62,029 nucleotides of DNA from Balneolales bacterium (GTDB lineage Bacteria > Bacteroidota > Rhodothermia > Balneolales > HLUCCA01). The notes under the pieces are model-generated. The model saw nothing but the letters and a program-made list of their open reading frames with translations. It did not search any database and was not told the origin of the DNA. The stretch spans positions 1-62,029 of the forward strand of contig JANJTJ010000121.1 of assembly GCA_024711145.1 (NCBI GenBank), read 5' to 3'. The position numbers and the translations under genes were made by a program. Below, piece by piece: positions 26,039-36,684 of this stretch; positions within the stretch are counted from its first letter, which is position 1, and the number at the start of each line of letters is the position of its first letter.

Positions 26039-26929
26039 TCAGGAATGACCCAGCAGTTCCACGCCGGTCACGGTTCGTTTGAGGAGACCTTGAAGCACGC
26101 TGCCCGGACCCACCTCCACAAAGGTGGTGGCGCCGTCGGCCTGCATGGCCAATACGGATTGGGTCCAGCGAACCGGGTTGAGCAGTTGGTCGAGCACGTT
26201 GGTGCGCAGCGCTTCGGGATCGCTCACCGCCGTGGCCGTCACGTTCTGGTACACGGGGCACCGGGGTGCCGCTATGGCCAGGCTCTCGAGACCGGCGCGC
26301 AGGCCGTCCAGGGCGGGTTGCATGAGGGGCGAATGGAAGGCGCCGCTCACGGCCAGCTTCTTGGCGATCTTGCAACCGGCCGCCTTGAGCCGTTCGATGG
26401 CTTCGTCGATGGCGGTTTCATGCCCCGAAATGACCAGCTGGCCGGGCGAGTTGTAGTTGGCCGGTACCACGATGGCTCCGGTTGCGGCCGACGCTTCGGC
26501 GCAGATGCGCTCCACGTCCGCATCGGCCATGCCGATCACGGCGGCCATGGTACCCGGATTGATGCTGCCGGCCTCCTGCATGAGCTGCCCCCGGCGCCGC
26601 ACGATGCGCAAGGCGTCTTCGAAGGCGACGGCTCCAGCCGCCACCAAGGCCGAATATTCGCCCAGGCTGTGCCCGGCCACCATGTCGGGGCGGGCGTCCA
26701 GGGTTTCGAACAGGGCCACCGAATGCAGGAAGATGGCCGGCTGGGTATGTTCGGTCTGCCGGAGCACCTCGTCGGGGCCCTCGAACAGGATGCCTTTCAG
26801 GTCATACCCGAGGATCTCGTTGGCCTGGTCCACCCGACGGGCGAAGGCCGCGTTGCCTTCATAATGGGCTTTCCCCATCCCGACGGATTGCGAGCCCTGG
26901 CCCGGAAACACGTAAGCGGTACGACTCAT
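26039..26929 (-). CDS. fabD: Malonyl-CoA:ACP transacylase
   Basis: FPGQGSQ, GHSLGEY, VSGAFHS; start MSRTAYVF at 26929. Confidence 0.97.
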   Translation of the reverse strand: MSRTAYVFPGQGSQSVGMGKAHYEGNAAFARRVDQANEILGYDLKGILFEGPDEVLRQTEHTQPAIFLHSVALFETLDARPDMVAGHSLGEYSALVAAGAVAFEDALRIVRRRGQLMQEAGSINPGTMAAVIGMADADVERICAEASAATGAIVVPANYNSPGQLVISGHETAIDEAIERLKAAGCKIAKKLAVSGAFHSPLMQPALDGLRAGLESLAIAAPRCPVYQNVTATAVSDPEALRTNVLDQLLNPVRWTQSVLAMQADGATTFVEVGPGSVLQGLLKRTVTGVELLGHS

Positions 26930-26933
26930 GCGG

Positions 26934-27920
26934 TCACCACTTGATATAGATGGCACCGGCCGTGAACCCGCCCCCGAAGGCCGATAGCACGATGTTGTCG
27001 CCGGCCTGCAGCTTGTTCCGCCAATCGTACAGGCACAGCGGAATGGTGGCGGCGGTGGTGTTACCGTATTTCTCGATGTTCACCATCACCTTGTCCATCG
27101 ACAATCCCATGCGGTTGGCCGTAGCCGCGATGATGCGCAGGTTGGCTTGGTGCGGCACCAGCCAAGCCACGTCGTCGCCGGTGAGGCCGTTCCGCTCCAT
27201 GATGGCGGCGGAGATGTCGGCCATGGCTTCGGTGGCTTTTTTGAAGACGGTTTTGCCGTCCTGGCGGATGTAATGCCACTTGTTGTCCACCGTTTCGTGG
27301 GTGGCCGGGTTGCGGCTGCCACCGGCGATCTGACAGAGCAGCTGCTGGTCGTCGCCCTCGGTCACCTGCAGGAAATCGACCATGCCGCGGCCGTCGGTGG
27401 AGGGCTCGAGCAGTACCGCGCCGGCGCCGTCGCCGAAAATGATGCAGGTGGCGCGGTCGGTGTAATCCAGTATGGAGCTCATCTTGTCGGCTCCGATCAC
27501 CAACACTTTCCGGAGGCGACCCGATTCGATCATCATGGCGCCGGTGCTCAGGGCGTACAGGAACCCCGAACAGGCGGCGGAGATGTCGAAGCCGAAGGCT
27601 TTGCCGGCACCGATGTTCTTCTGCACCAGGGCCGCCGTAGCGGGGAACAGGTAATCGGGGGTTACGGTGGCCACCAGGATGGCATCCACCTCGGAGGCGT
27701 CCACGCCGGCATGGGCCAGCGCTTCTTTGGCCGCCTCGGAAGCCATGTAGGAGGTCGCTTTCTCGGGGTCGCGCAGGATCCGGCGTTCCTTGATGCCGGT
27801 ACGCGTGGTGATCCACTCGTCGTTGGTGTCCACCAGTTTTTCCAGATCGGCGTTGGTCACGCGTTCTTCGGGCAGGAAATGCCCTACTCCGGTGATCCGG
27901 GCGCGAACGGGATTCGACAT
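26934..27920 (-). CDS. fabH: 3-oxoacyl-ACP synthase III
   Basis: AACSGF, PHQAN, GNTTAA, FGGG. Confidence 0.97.
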   Translation of the reverse strand: MSNPVRARITGVGHFLPEERVTNADLEKLVDTNDEWITTRTGIKERRILRDPEKATSYMASEAAKEALAHAGVDASEVDAILVATVTPDYLFPATAALVQKNIGAGKAFGFDISAACSGFLYALSTGAMMIESGRLRKVLVIGADKMSSILDYTDRATCIIFGDGAGAVLLEPSTDGRGMVDFLQVTEGDDQQLLCQIAGGSRNPATHETVDNKWHYIRQDGKTVFKKATEAMADISAAIMERNGLTGDDVAWLVPHQANLRIIAATANRMGLSMDKVMVNIEKYGNTTAATIPLCLYDWRNKLQAGDNIVLSAFGGGFTAGAIYIKW

Positions 27921-27932
27921 GCGAAAATCAGA

Positions 27933-28922
27933 TTAGGTGAGCGCCGCTACGATTTTGTCGTTGACCTGATGGGTCACCATGCGTGCGGCGTTGTGGATCA
28001 TGTTGCGGATGGCCAGCGGAGTGCTCCCCCCGTGACCCACAAAAGATACGCCGTTGACTCCCAGGAAGGGCACACCGCCCACAGCCTGGTAATCGAACGG
28101 AGCGAATGCCTGTTTGAGCACACCCATTACCGGTTTCACCGTTTCGGGTGGCAACGGATTGTGCTGCAAGGCTTTGGCGATGAGCGCCTGAACCGCTTCG
28201 GGTATGGATTCGCCGAATTTCAGGATGATGTTACCCACCAGCCCGTCGCAGACGAACACATCGGCATGGCCGCCGAGAATGTCGCGGCCTTCGATGTTGC
28301 CGACGAACCGGGGATGCGCCCGGAGCAACTCGTGCGCTTTGCGCAGGGTCTCCGTACCCTTTTCCTCCTCTTCGCCCACGTTGAGCAACCCGATGCGCGG
28401 ATCGGATATGCCCATCACGTGTTTGGCGTACACCTCGCCCATCAACCCGAACTGATAGAGCATTTCGGGCTTCACTTCGAGGTTGGCACCGGCATCGACC
28501 AGAATGCGGAACCCGTCCACCGTGGGGTACACCGTGGAGATGGTGGGGCGCAACACCCCGGGCAAACGGCCCAGGATGAAGGCGGAAGCGGCCAACAAGG
28601 CACCAGTGTGGCCGGCACTGATGAAGGCGTCGCACTTGCCCTGGGCATGCAGGCCCAGACCGACCACGATCGACGACTTCTGCTTGGCTTTGACCGCCGT
28701 GGCGGCGCTGTCCTCCATGGTGATCACCTCGGGGGCATCTACCACGGTAACCCGGCCGCCCGTGTAACCGGTGGCCTTGAGGGCCTCGGTTACCAGTGCT
28801 TCCGGGCCGACCAGCAGAATGTGCAGGTCGGGGTCGGCGTTCAACGCGTCAACAGCTCCTTGGACGGGATGCTGAGGGTAGAAGTCCCCTCCTGCGGCAT
28901 CCACGGCGATGCGTACGGCCAT
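27933..28922 (-). CDS. plsX: Phosphate acyltransferase
   Basis: IAVDAAGGD, SAGHTGA, LLNVGEEEEKG, CDGLVGN, GHGGS. Confidence 0.96.
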   Translation of the reverse strand: MAVRIAVDAAGGDFYPQHPVQGAVDALNADPDLHILLVGPEALVTEALKATGYTGGRVTVVDAPEVITMEDSAATAVKAKQKSSIVVGLGLHAQGKCDAFISAGHTGALLAASAFILGRLPGVLRPTISTVYPTVDGFRILVDAGANLEVKPEMLYQFGLMGEVYAKHVMGISDPRIGLLNVGEEEEKGTETLRKAHELLRAHPRFVGNIEGRDILGGHADVFVCDGLVGNIILKFGESIPEAVQALIAKALQHNPLPPETVKPVMGVLKQAFAPFDYQAVGGVPFLGVNGVSFVGHGGSTPLAIRNMIHNAARMVTHQVNDKIVAALT

Positions 28923-28948
28923 GGTCGGTCGGTTTGAAATGGGTGGAA

Positions 28949-29131
28949 TCAGGCGGTTTTCACATCCAGCACCTGACGGCCGCGGTAATGGCCGCAGGAC
29001 GGGCAGGCGTGGTGGGCCTGATGCGTGGCTCCGCAGTTACCGCAGCTCGAAAGGGCTACAGGCTCCAATTTATGGGTGGAGCGGCGGGTAGCGGTACGGG
29101 TTTTGGAAAAGCGGCGTTTTGGATTCGGCAT
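28949..29131 (-). CDS. rpmF: 50S ribosomal protein L32 (zinc-ribbon form)
   Basis: MPNPKRRFSKTR...CGNC...HHACPSCGHYRG. Confidence 0.98.
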   Translation of the reverse strand: MPNPKRRFSKTRTATRRSTHKLEPVALSSCGNCGATHQAHHACPSCGHYRGRQVLDVKTA

Positions 29132-29141
29132 GGGTTGAACC

Positions 29142-29642
29142 TCAGTTCTTCGATACGTGTTGTTTCAGGATGGCCAGGGCGGCCCAGCGGGGATCGGTTC
29201 GGTCTTCTCCCTCGGTGGGCGCTTCGAACGGGAGTTCGTTCCCGTCCGCGTCCAGAAACCGCGGATGCAGCTTCCGGGTCGGAATGTCTAGCAGGATGGT
29301 GTCTCGCACTTCCCGCGTCAGATCGATCTCGTTGGACGACCACACCAGATTCCGCAGGGCGGTCTCCTCGTCGTCCGTGTCTTCTTCCACACCGGGTTTG
29401 AACAACACCGTGTAGGCGGCTTCGATATCCATCAGGAACGGCTCCAGGCTCCGGTCGCACACCACTTCCACCTCTCCGGAGACCTCGAAACGGGCTTCTA
29501 TCATGAACGGGGTGCGTGTGAAGATGAAATGGACATCGAATCCGGTAGCCGAAGGCAATCCAAGATCCAGGTCGGCGGCACCCACCTTGCGGCGTTCCTC
29601 CGTTTTCCCTTCCAGAATCTCGTTCAGTTTGAATTTCAGCAT
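29142..29642 (-). CDS. yceD: YceD/DUF177 family 23S rRNA accumulation protein
   Basis: CDRSLEPF, IDL...VRDTILLDIP, DPRWAAL; conserved position upstream of rpmF. Confidence 0.9.
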   Translation of the reverse strand: MLKFKLNEILEGKTEERRKVGAADLDLGLPSATGFDVHFIFTRTPFMIEARFEVSGEVEVVCDRSLEPFLMDIEAAYTVLFKPGVEEDTDDEETALRNLVWSSNEIDLTREVRDTILLDIPTRKLHPRFLDADGNELPFEAPTEGEDRTDPRWAALAILKQHVSKN

Positions 29643-29685
29643 ACCGGCGTAAAGCCTGTGAAATTACGGGATTTCAATTCCCCGT

Positions 29686-30327
29686 TCAACCTTCGTCGAA
29701 CAGACCGAACAACCGTTGCTCGATCAGCTCGACCACCTGGCCCAGGTGGTCCCGGTTGTTCACGAAATCCAGCTCGTCGGTCTCGATGATGAGTTTCGGA
29801 TACGGATAGGCCTCGATCCAGGTCTCGTACAGGTTGTTGAGCCGCTCGAGGTAATCGATGCGGATGGAATTCTCATAAGCCCGCCCCCGCTGCTGGATCT
29901 GCCGGACCAGGGTCGGCGTTTGCGCCCTCAGGTACACCAACAGGTTGGGCGGCTTGAGGTAATCCGACATTTCGGTGAACAGGGCCCGGTAATTGTGGTA
30001 ATCCCGTTCGCTCATGAGCCCCATTTCGTACAGGTTCTTGGCGAAGATCTCCACATCTTCGTAGATGGTGCGGTCCTGGATGAAGTTCCGGTCCACCTGG
30101 AGCATGCCTTTCATGGAGCGGAAGCGGGCCGACAGGAAGTAGATCTGCAGGTTGAAGCTCCAACGCCGCATGTCCTCGTAAAAATCGGCCAGGTAGGGGT
30201 TGTCGTCCACACTTTCGTAATAGGCCTCCCACCCGAAATGTTTGCTCAACAGGCCGGTGAGGGAGGATTTGCCGGCGCCGATGTTGCCGGCGAGGGCGAT
30301 ATAGCGGAGGTCGGGATGCGGATTCAC
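29686..30327 (-). CDS. Deoxynucleoside kinase
   Basis: GNIGAGKSS P-loop, QDRTIYED, RGRAYE. Confidence 0.92.
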   Translation of the reverse strand: MNPHPDLRYIALAGNIGAGKSSLTGLLSKHFGWEAYYESVDDNPYLADFYEDMRRWSFNLQIYFLSARFRSMKGMLQVDRNFIQDRTIYEDVEIFAKNLYEMGLMSERDYHNYRALFTEMSDYLKPPNLLVYLRAQTPTLVRQIQQRGRAYENSIRIDYLERLNNLYETWIEAYPYPKLIIETDELDFVNNRDHLGQVVELIEQRLFGLFDEG

Positions 30328-31592
30328 GGTTTCCCCATGAGCCGGAACATGGCCTTCTTGTAGGCTTCCACTCCGGGTTGGTCGAAAGGATTGACGCCCA
30401 GGCCGTAGCCGTACAGGGCGGTGGCGAGCTCGAAATAATAGATGAGTGCCCCCAGGGTGGGTGCGTCCAGCCGGGCGATGCCGATGTCGAGCACGGGAAC
30501 CCGGCCGTCCGAATGGGCCTGTCGGGTGCCGGCATAGGCCGCTGCGTTCACTTCCTGCAGGGTGCGGCCGGCCAACCAGTTCAGCCCGTCGAAATCGTCG
30601 GCGTCGGTACCGATGGTGAGTGTACCGCCCGGTTCGGCCACGGTGAGGAAGGTTTCGATGATGTTGCGCTCTCCGTCCTGGACCATCTGCCCCAGGCTGT
30701 GCAGGTCGGTGCTGTAGGCATGCACGGCCGGATAGAGGCCCTTGCCGTCTTTGCCTTCCGATTCGCCGAAGAGCTGCTGCATCCAGCCACCGAACGCTTT
30801 CAGCTCGGGTTCGAAGGAGGCGAGCACGTCCACCCGGTAGCCGGCCTCATACAAGGCCAGGCGGGTGGCGGCGTAGGCGGCCACCGGAGCCGGTTCGGCC
30901 TCATACATTCGATAGGCCTCCACCGCGCCATAGAACAGGCTGCGGATGTCGATACCGGCCACGGCGATGGGCAACAGCCCGACCGGTGTGAGCACGGAGA
31001 ACCGACCGCCCACATCGTCGGGCAGTACGAATTTGGTGTACCCGGTGGCGTCGATCACCCGGTTGAGGGCTCCACCCGATGCCGAGGTGGTGCACAGGAT
31101 GCGGTTTTTGGCCTCGGCACCGTAGGTCTTTTCCATGAAGGCCCGCAGCACCCGGAAGGCCAGGGCGGTTTCCAGCGTGGTGCCCGACTTCGAGATCACG
31201 TTGAGCCACACCCGTTTGCCTTCCAGATGGCGAACCAGTTCGTTCAGGTAGCGGCCGCTCATGTGATGCCCGGCATACACGATTTCGGGACCTTTTCCGC
31301 CAAAGAAGGGCCCCAGGGCCTCGATGACGGCGCGGGCGCCGAGGTAGGACCCCCCGATGCCGGCCACCACGAAGACATCGCAATCCTGCCGGATGCGGGT
31401 GGCCAATTCGTCGAGGCGGTTGAGGAGGGCATCGTCGGGCGTGGCCAGTATGCGGCGCCAGCCCAGCCATTCGGGGCCGGCACCGGTGCCGGTGCGCACC
31501 TGCCGCACGGCCGCGTCTATGCGGGCGGTAGCGGCATCCAAGGCACCCGACGGAAGGAATCCGGTGGCCCCGGACGCGTCGAAACGGATCAT
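30324..31592 (-). CDS. pgi: Glucose-6-phosphate isomerase
   Basis: GIGGSYLG, ISKSGTTLE, VGGRFSVLT, QLFGESEGK, NPFDQPGVEAYK. Confidence 0.96.
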   Translation of the reverse strand: MIRFDASGATGFLPSGALDAATARIDAAVRQVRTGTGAGPEWLGWRRILATPDDALLNRLDELATRIRQDCDVFVVAGIGGSYLGARAVIEALGPFFGGKGPEIVYAGHHMSGRYLNELVRHLEGKRVWLNVISKSGTTLETALAFRVLRAFMEKTYGAEAKNRILCTTSASGGALNRVIDATGYTKFVLPDDVGGRFSVLTPVGLLPIAVAGIDIRSLFYGAVEAYRMYEAEPAPVAAYAATRLALYEAGYRVDVLASFEPELKAFGGWMQQLFGESEGKDGKGLYPAVHAYSTDLHSLGQMVQDGERNIIETFLTVAEPGGTLTIGTDADDFDGLNWLAGRTLQEVNAAAYAGTRQAHSDGRVPVLDIGIARLDAPTLGALIYYFELATALYGYGLGVNPFDQPGVEAYKKAMFRLMGKP

Positions 31593-31593
31593 G

Positions 31594-32571
31594 TCAGCTC
31601 AGGATTTTGGCGAGCTCGAGCAGCTCGTAGTTGATGCTTTTTTTCTTGGACCAGACGTTCCGCATGGGCGTGATCTTGATCTGGTTGTCGATCACTCCGA
31701 CCATCACGTTGGTGTGGCCATCCACCAGGGACTGCACGGCGGCCGAGCCCAGCCGCGAGGCCAGCACGCGGTCGCGGGCGGTTGGAGAACCGCCCCGCTG
31801 GATATGCCCCAGGATGCACACGCGCATTTCATAGCGGGAGAAATCGTCCTTGAGGTTTTCCGACAATTTGTAGGCACCGCCGGTCTCGTCGCCTTCGGCC
31901 ACCACCACCAGGCTGGAACGCCGTTGGAAACGGAACACTTCGCCCAACTGGGCCTTGATGTCCTGGATTTCGGTGAGGGCTTCGGGCAGGAGGATGAGCT
32001 CGGCGCCGCCGGCGATACCGGTTTCCAACGCGATGAAGCCGGCTTCGCGCCCCATCACTTCCACCAGGAAAAGGCGTTCGTGGGCATCGGCCGTGTCGCG
32101 GATCTTGTCGATGGCCTCCATGGCCGTGTTCAGGGCCGTGTCGTACCCGATGGTCTCGTCGGTACCGGAAAGGTCGTTGTCGATGGTGCCGGGAATGCCC
32201 ACCACGTGCACGCCGTGCTCTTCGTTGAGCTTGGATGCGCCCTGGAAGGAGCCGTCGCCCCCGATCACCACGAGGGCGTCGATGCCGGCCGCTTTGGCGT
32301 TGGCGGCGGCCTTGGCACGGCCCTCGGCCGTACGGAACTGCTCGGAACGGGCCGATTTCAAAATGGTACCACCCAATTGGATGATGTTGGAAACGGAGGT
32401 GCTGTCCATATCGACGAAATCACCCCGGATCAACCCCTCATATCCGTATCTCACCCCGATGACGGCCAGATCGTTGTAGCGGGCCGAACGCACCACGGCG
32501 CGGATCGCCGCGTTCATCCCTGGGGAATCCCCACCACTGGTGAGTACCCCGATCTTCTTGATCGATTTCAA
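31594..32571 (-). CDS. pfkA: ATP-dependent 6-phosphofructokinase
   Basis: IGVLTSGGDSPGMN, IGGDGS, GTIDND, EVMGR, GHIQRGG; start inferred at TTG 32571. Confidence 0.96.
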   Translation of the reverse strand: MKSIKKIGVLTSGGDSPGMNAAIRAVVRSARYNDLAVIGVRYGYEGLIRGDFVDMDSTSVSNIIQLGGTILKSARSEQFRTAEGRAKAAANAKAAGIDALVVIGGDGSFQGASKLNEEHGVHVVGIPGTIDNDLSGTDETIGYDTALNTAMEAIDKIRDTADAHERLFLVEVMGREAGFIALETGIAGGAELILLPEALTEIQDIKAQLGEVFRFQRRSSLVVVAEGDETGGAYKLSENLKDDFSRYEMRVCILGHIQRGGSPTARDRVLASRLGSAAVQSLVDGHTNVMVGVIDNQIKITPMRNVWSKKKSINYELLELAKILS

Positions 32572-32677
32572 TGGTCTGCGTGCTATGATTATTGAAGCGG
32601 AATTGCGATTTTCAGCCGTATTTACGGGGTTTCGCCGCTTCATCCGAAGAGCCCCTAATTTGCACAGAATTCCGCCC

Positions 32678-33655
32678 GTGTCCAACGTCACACTCGACCA
32701 GATCCAGGCTCCTATCGGGGACGACTTGGACCGTTTCCGCCGCTACTTCCGCCGGGCGGTGCGTACCGATGTCTTTTTGCTCGACCAGATGCTCCGCTAC
32801 CTGCTGCGCACCAAAGGCAAGGAACTGCGGCCATCGCTGGTGTTCCATGCGGCGCGGCTTTGCGGCGGTGTGAACGAACGCGCCTACCTGGGCGCCACCA
32901 TGATCGAACTGCTGCATACCGCCACCCTCATCCACGACGATGTGGTGGACGAGGCCGACGAGCGCCGCGGGTTCCTGTCCATTTCGCATATCTGGAAGAA
33001 CAAGGCCGCCGTCCTGTTGGGCGATTTCCTGTTGGCCAAGGGGTTGCTGGTGGCCCTCGACCGCGACGAGTTCGACCTGCTGAAGGTCTTGTCGACCACG
33101 GTGAAACGCATGAGCGAGGGCGAGTTGCGTCAGCTCAAGGCCTCCAAATTGCAGAACATGAATGAGGAACGGTATTTCGCCGTGATCGGCGGTAAAACCG
33201 CCAGTCTCATCTCGGCCTGTTGCGAATGCGGTGCCATCGCCGCCGGCGCCGATGCCGATTTGCGCGCCCGCATGCGGCGCTTCGGCGAAGCCATGGGAGT
33301 GGCCTTCCAGATCCGCGACGACCTGTTCGATTACGAAACCAACGCGACCGGCAAATCGGTGGGCAACGACATCCTCGAGGGGAAAATGACCTTGCCCATG
33401 ATCTATGCCCTGCAGCAGGCCGGCCTGCGCGAGCGGCTGCGGCTGAGGCGGCTGTTCCGGAACCGGCGCAAAACGCCGGAAGAGGTTGCCGATGTGGTCG
33501 CATCGGTCACCCGCCTGGGCGGTGTGGACCGCACCCGCGACCGCATGAACGCCATCGCCGACGAAGCCCGTGCCGAACTGGACGCCTTCCCCCCTTCCGA
33601 TGCCCGCGACACGCTCCATGCCTTCCTCACCTTTGTCGTCTCCAGGACCAAGTAG
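32678..33655 (+). CDS. Long-chain polyprenyl diphosphate synthase (IspB-like)
   Basis: GKELRP, HDDVVD..RRG, KTA, FQIRDD; start inferred at GTG 32678. Confidence 0.93.
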   Translation: MSNVTLDQIQAPIGDDLDRFRRYFRRAVRTDVFLLDQMLRYLLRTKGKELRPSLVFHAARLCGGVNERAYLGATMIELLHTATLIHDDVVDEADERRGFLSISHIWKNKAAVLLGDFLLAKGLLVALDRDEFDLLKVLSTTVKRMSEGELRQLKASKLQNMNEERYFAVIGGKTASLISACCECGAIAAGADADLRARMRRFGEAMGVAFQIRDDLFDYETNATGKSVGNDILEGKMTLPMIYALQQAGLRERLRLRRLFRNRRKTPEEVADVVASVTRLGGVDRTRDRMNAIADEARAELDAFPPSDARDTLHAFLTFVVSRTK

Positions 33656-34406
33656 GCGGCAAGCCCTCTTCCTGGCCGATGCCCACCTGGGCGGGTTCGA
33701 TGCGGCCACCAACGCCCGGATACAGGCCGATGTGATCGCGGTGGTGCGCCATTGCCGGGCCTCGAACACCACCCTGTACCTCCTGGGCGACCTCTTCGAC
33801 CATTGGATGGAGTGGCCGGGCAAAGCACCCGCCTTCGGAAACGCCCTGCGTGCCGAATTGCGGAATTATGTGGCCGAAATGGGTCCGGTACTCACCATAA
33901 CCGGCAACCACGACAATTGGACCCTGGATGAACTGGCCTCGGACGGCTGCGACATCGAACCCGAATACCGGTACCTCGATCTGGACGGCCTGAAGGTGTT
34001 GGTGCTGCATGGCGACGGCCTGGCCGATCCGGCCATGGGCTTGCCGCGCCCGCGCATGCACCGGTTCCTGCGCCATCCCGTGTTCGTGCGCTGGTACAGG
34101 AGACTGTTGCCCCCCGCCGTGGGTATGGCCGGCATGGCGGCCTTTTCGCGCATCAGCCGGTGTCTGAGCGGCGACCGACCCGATACCGACCGCTTGGATG
34201 CCTGGGTGCGCGCCCATCTACGCGACCGTCGCGCCGATGTGGTCATCGCCGGGCACCACCACCACCTGCGCGACGAGCACCCCGCCGGTGGTCGTTACCT
34301 GAACGCCGGCGCATTTTACCGGCACCGCCGTCTGGTGCTGTATGCGAACGGCTCATTCCGTATCGTTACCGTCAACGAACTCCCCGAAGCACCGCATGTC
34401 CATTGA
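33618..34406 (+). CDS. lpxH: UDP-2,3-diacylglucosamine diphosphatase
   Basis: ADAHLG, LGDLFD, GNHD, HGD, GHHH calcineurin-like motifs; start uncertain (ATG 33618 or TTG 33633). Confidence 0.8.
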   Translation: MPSSPLSSPGPSRRQALFLADAHLGGFDAATNARIQADVIAVVRHCRASNTTLYLLGDLFDHWMEWPGKAPAFGNALRAELRNYVAEMGPVLTITGNHDNWTLDELASDGCDIEPEYRYLDLDGLKVLVLHGDGLADPAMGLPRPRMHRFLRHPVFVRWYRRLLPPAVGMAGMAAFSRISRCLSGDRPDTDRLDAWVRAHLRDRRADVVIAGHHHHLRDEHPAGGRYLNAGAFYRHRRLVLYANGSFRIVTVNELPEAPHVH

Positions 34407-36684
34407 CGAAGAACGCTATCTGAACGACCCCGAGTACCGGAAAACCATCCTCGGTACCCGGAAACGCAAAACAGGCGCCCCCAGGCCGGCCACTGGCGGA
34501 GCCGGTGGCGGCAATTGGCGCAAATGGCTCTGGTATGGTGCCGGTGGGTCGGCCCTGTTCCTGGTCATCTTCCTCATCTACCTCATCCAGGGGTTGCCCA
34601 CCTTCGACGAACTGGAAAACCCCAGGACCGACAACGCCTCCCTCATCATGAGTAGGGACGGTGTGATCCTGGACCGCTTTTTCACCGAAAACCGGACCGT
34701 GGTCCATTATGATGAGATTTCCCCGTATGTGATCGAGGCCTTGGTGAGCACCGAAGACCACCGGTTCGAAGCGCATTGGGGCATCGACCTGGTGCGGTTG
34801 GCGGCGGTACCCTATCACATCCTCACCGGCGATATCCAAGGGGGGTCCACCCTCACCATGCAGCTGGCCCGCAACCTGTATCGGAAAATCGGACGCGAGG
34901 TGAGCATCGTGCGGAAACTGAGGGAGATGATCACGGCCATCCAGCTCGAACGCAGCTACACCAAGCGCGAGATCATCGAGATGTACCTGAACACGGTGGA
35001 ATTCAGCAACTCCGCCTTCGGTATCGAATCGGCCGCCCGCACGCACTACAACAAACCGGCGAAAGCCCTCACCCTGAACGAAGCCGCCACCTTGGTGGGC
35101 AGCCTGAACGCGGTGAGCGCCTACAACCCGCGTACCCGGCCCGAAGCGGCCACCCGCAGGCGCAACACCGTGCTGCGGCGCATGCACGACCAAGGTCTGA
35201 TCACATCGGAGCGATACGAGGCGGAAATCGCCGAACCCATCGCGCTCAACTACCAACCACCGAGCACCAGCAGCCGCAAAGTGCGGTATTTCGCCGAATA
35301 CGTGCGTCAGAAAGTGGACGACTGGGTGCGCGACAACGGCTACGACCTGTACCGCGACGGCCTGCGCATCCACACGACCATCGACAGCCGCATGCAACGC
35401 CATGCCGAGGCGGCCGTGACCTCCCAGCTCGATACCCTGCAGAAAACCTTCGTGCGCGAATGGACCTCCCGCAGCGGCAGCACCGGATACATGGACCGCC
35501 TGTGGAGAGCCTATCCCGGCTTCCTGGACAGCTTCATCAAGGAATCGGGCGAATACCGTGAAGCCCTGAACGAGGGCATGTCGCCTGCGGCGGCCCTGGA
35601 CAGCCTCCGGAAGAACCGGGAGTTCGTGGAACAGATCAAACGTACCCGCACCCGGCTGGAAGCCAGTTTCCTGGCCATCGACCCCCGCAACGGGCATATC
35701 CTGGCGTATGTGGGTGGCGGCAACTACGGGGTGTACCAGTACGACCAGGTGAGCATGTCGCGGCGGCAGGTGGGTTCCACCTTCAAACCCTTCGTGTACA
35801 CGGTGGCCATAGACAACGGCTACTCGCCCAACTACCGCATCTCCCGGCTTCCCATCGCCTTCCGGGATTCGCGGGGCGGCGTTTGGGCACCCAGAGACAT
35901 GGGGGCATCCTCAGGGCCCGAAATGATCACCTTGCGGGAAGGCCTGGCCCGATCCAACAACAACGTGACCGTACGGTTGCTGCCCATCCTGGCCGGCAAA
36001 CCCAATACCAACCGCCTGGAAGACCTGATGCCCGCGGCCCGCAAAATAGCCGCCATGGCACGGAACATGGGCATCACCAGTCCCATGGAGACCTATCCAT
36101 CGATCGCGCTCGGCACGGCGGAAGTGAGTCTTATGGAGATGGTGTCGGCTTATGCCACCTACGCCAACATGGGCGTGCGCATCGATCCGATCGCCGTAAC
36201 CCGCATCGAAGACCGCAACGGCAACATCCTGGTCGAATTCTATCCGGAAGGCCGCAAGGAAGTGCTCTCTCCCGAAACCGCCTACACCATGGTGGACATG
36301 ATGCGCGGAGTGATACGCGGGGGTGGCGGTGCTCCCATGGGCACCGGTGTCCGCCTGCGCAGCATGGGTGTGTACCAGGATGTGGCCGGCAAAACCGGAA
36401 CCACCAACAATTCCGCCGACAACTGGTTCATGGCCATCATGCCGCATGTGGCCATGGGGGCATGGGTGGGTGGCGAAGACCGCAGGGTGCGGTTCCCCAG
36501 CGATACCTACATCGGCCAGGGTGCCCGTGCGGCCCTGCCCATCGTGGGCAAATTCATACAGGGTTGCACCGGCGACAAAGACTGCCCCTGGAGTTACGAA
36601 GGCTTCACCCCGCCGCAGGGCTACGTGCCCTACCCCGACGAGGTGGATGCGCAACCGGCACGTACCGACCGCCGCGGCTGGTGA
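34396..36684 (+). CDS. Class A penicillin-binding protein (PBP1A family)
   Basis: TM; transglycosylase EDHRF..HWGID, GGSTLTMQL, RKLRE; transpeptidase GSTFKPF, SNN, KTG. Confidence 0.95.
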   Translation: MSIDEERYLNDPEYRKTILGTRKRKTGAPRPATGGAGGGNWRKWLWYGAGGSALFLVIFLIYLIQGLPTFDELENPRTDNASLIMSRDGVILDRFFTENRTVVHYDEISPYVIEALVSTEDHRFEAHWGIDLVRLAAVPYHILTGDIQGGSTLTMQLARNLYRKIGREVSIVRKLREMITAIQLERSYTKREIIEMYLNTVEFSNSAFGIESAARTHYNKPAKALTLNEAATLVGSLNAVSAYNPRTRPEAATRRRNTVLRRMHDQGLITSERYEAEIAEPIALNYQPPSTSSRKVRYFAEYVRQKVDDWVRDNGYDLYRDGLRIHTTIDSRMQRHAEAAVTSQLDTLQKTFVREWTSRSGSTGYMDRLWRAYPGFLDSFIKESGEYREALNEGMSPAAALDSLRKNREFVEQIKRTRTRLEASFLAIDPRNGHILAYVGGGNYGVYQYDQVSMSRRQVGSTFKPFVYTVAIDNGYSPNYRISRLPIAFRDSRGGVWAPRDMGASSGPEMITLREGLARSNNNVTVRLLPILAGKPNTNRLEDLMPAARKIAAMARNMGITSPMETYPSIALGTAEVSLMEMVSAYATYANMGVRIDPIAVTRIEDRNGNILVEFYPEGRKEVLSPETAYTMVDMMRGVIRGGGGAPMGTGVRLRSMGVYQDVAGKTGTTNNSADNWFMAIMPHVAMGAWVGGEDRRVRFPSDTYIGQGARAALPIVGKFIQGCTGDKDCPWSYEGFTPPQGYVPYPDEVDAQPARTDRRGW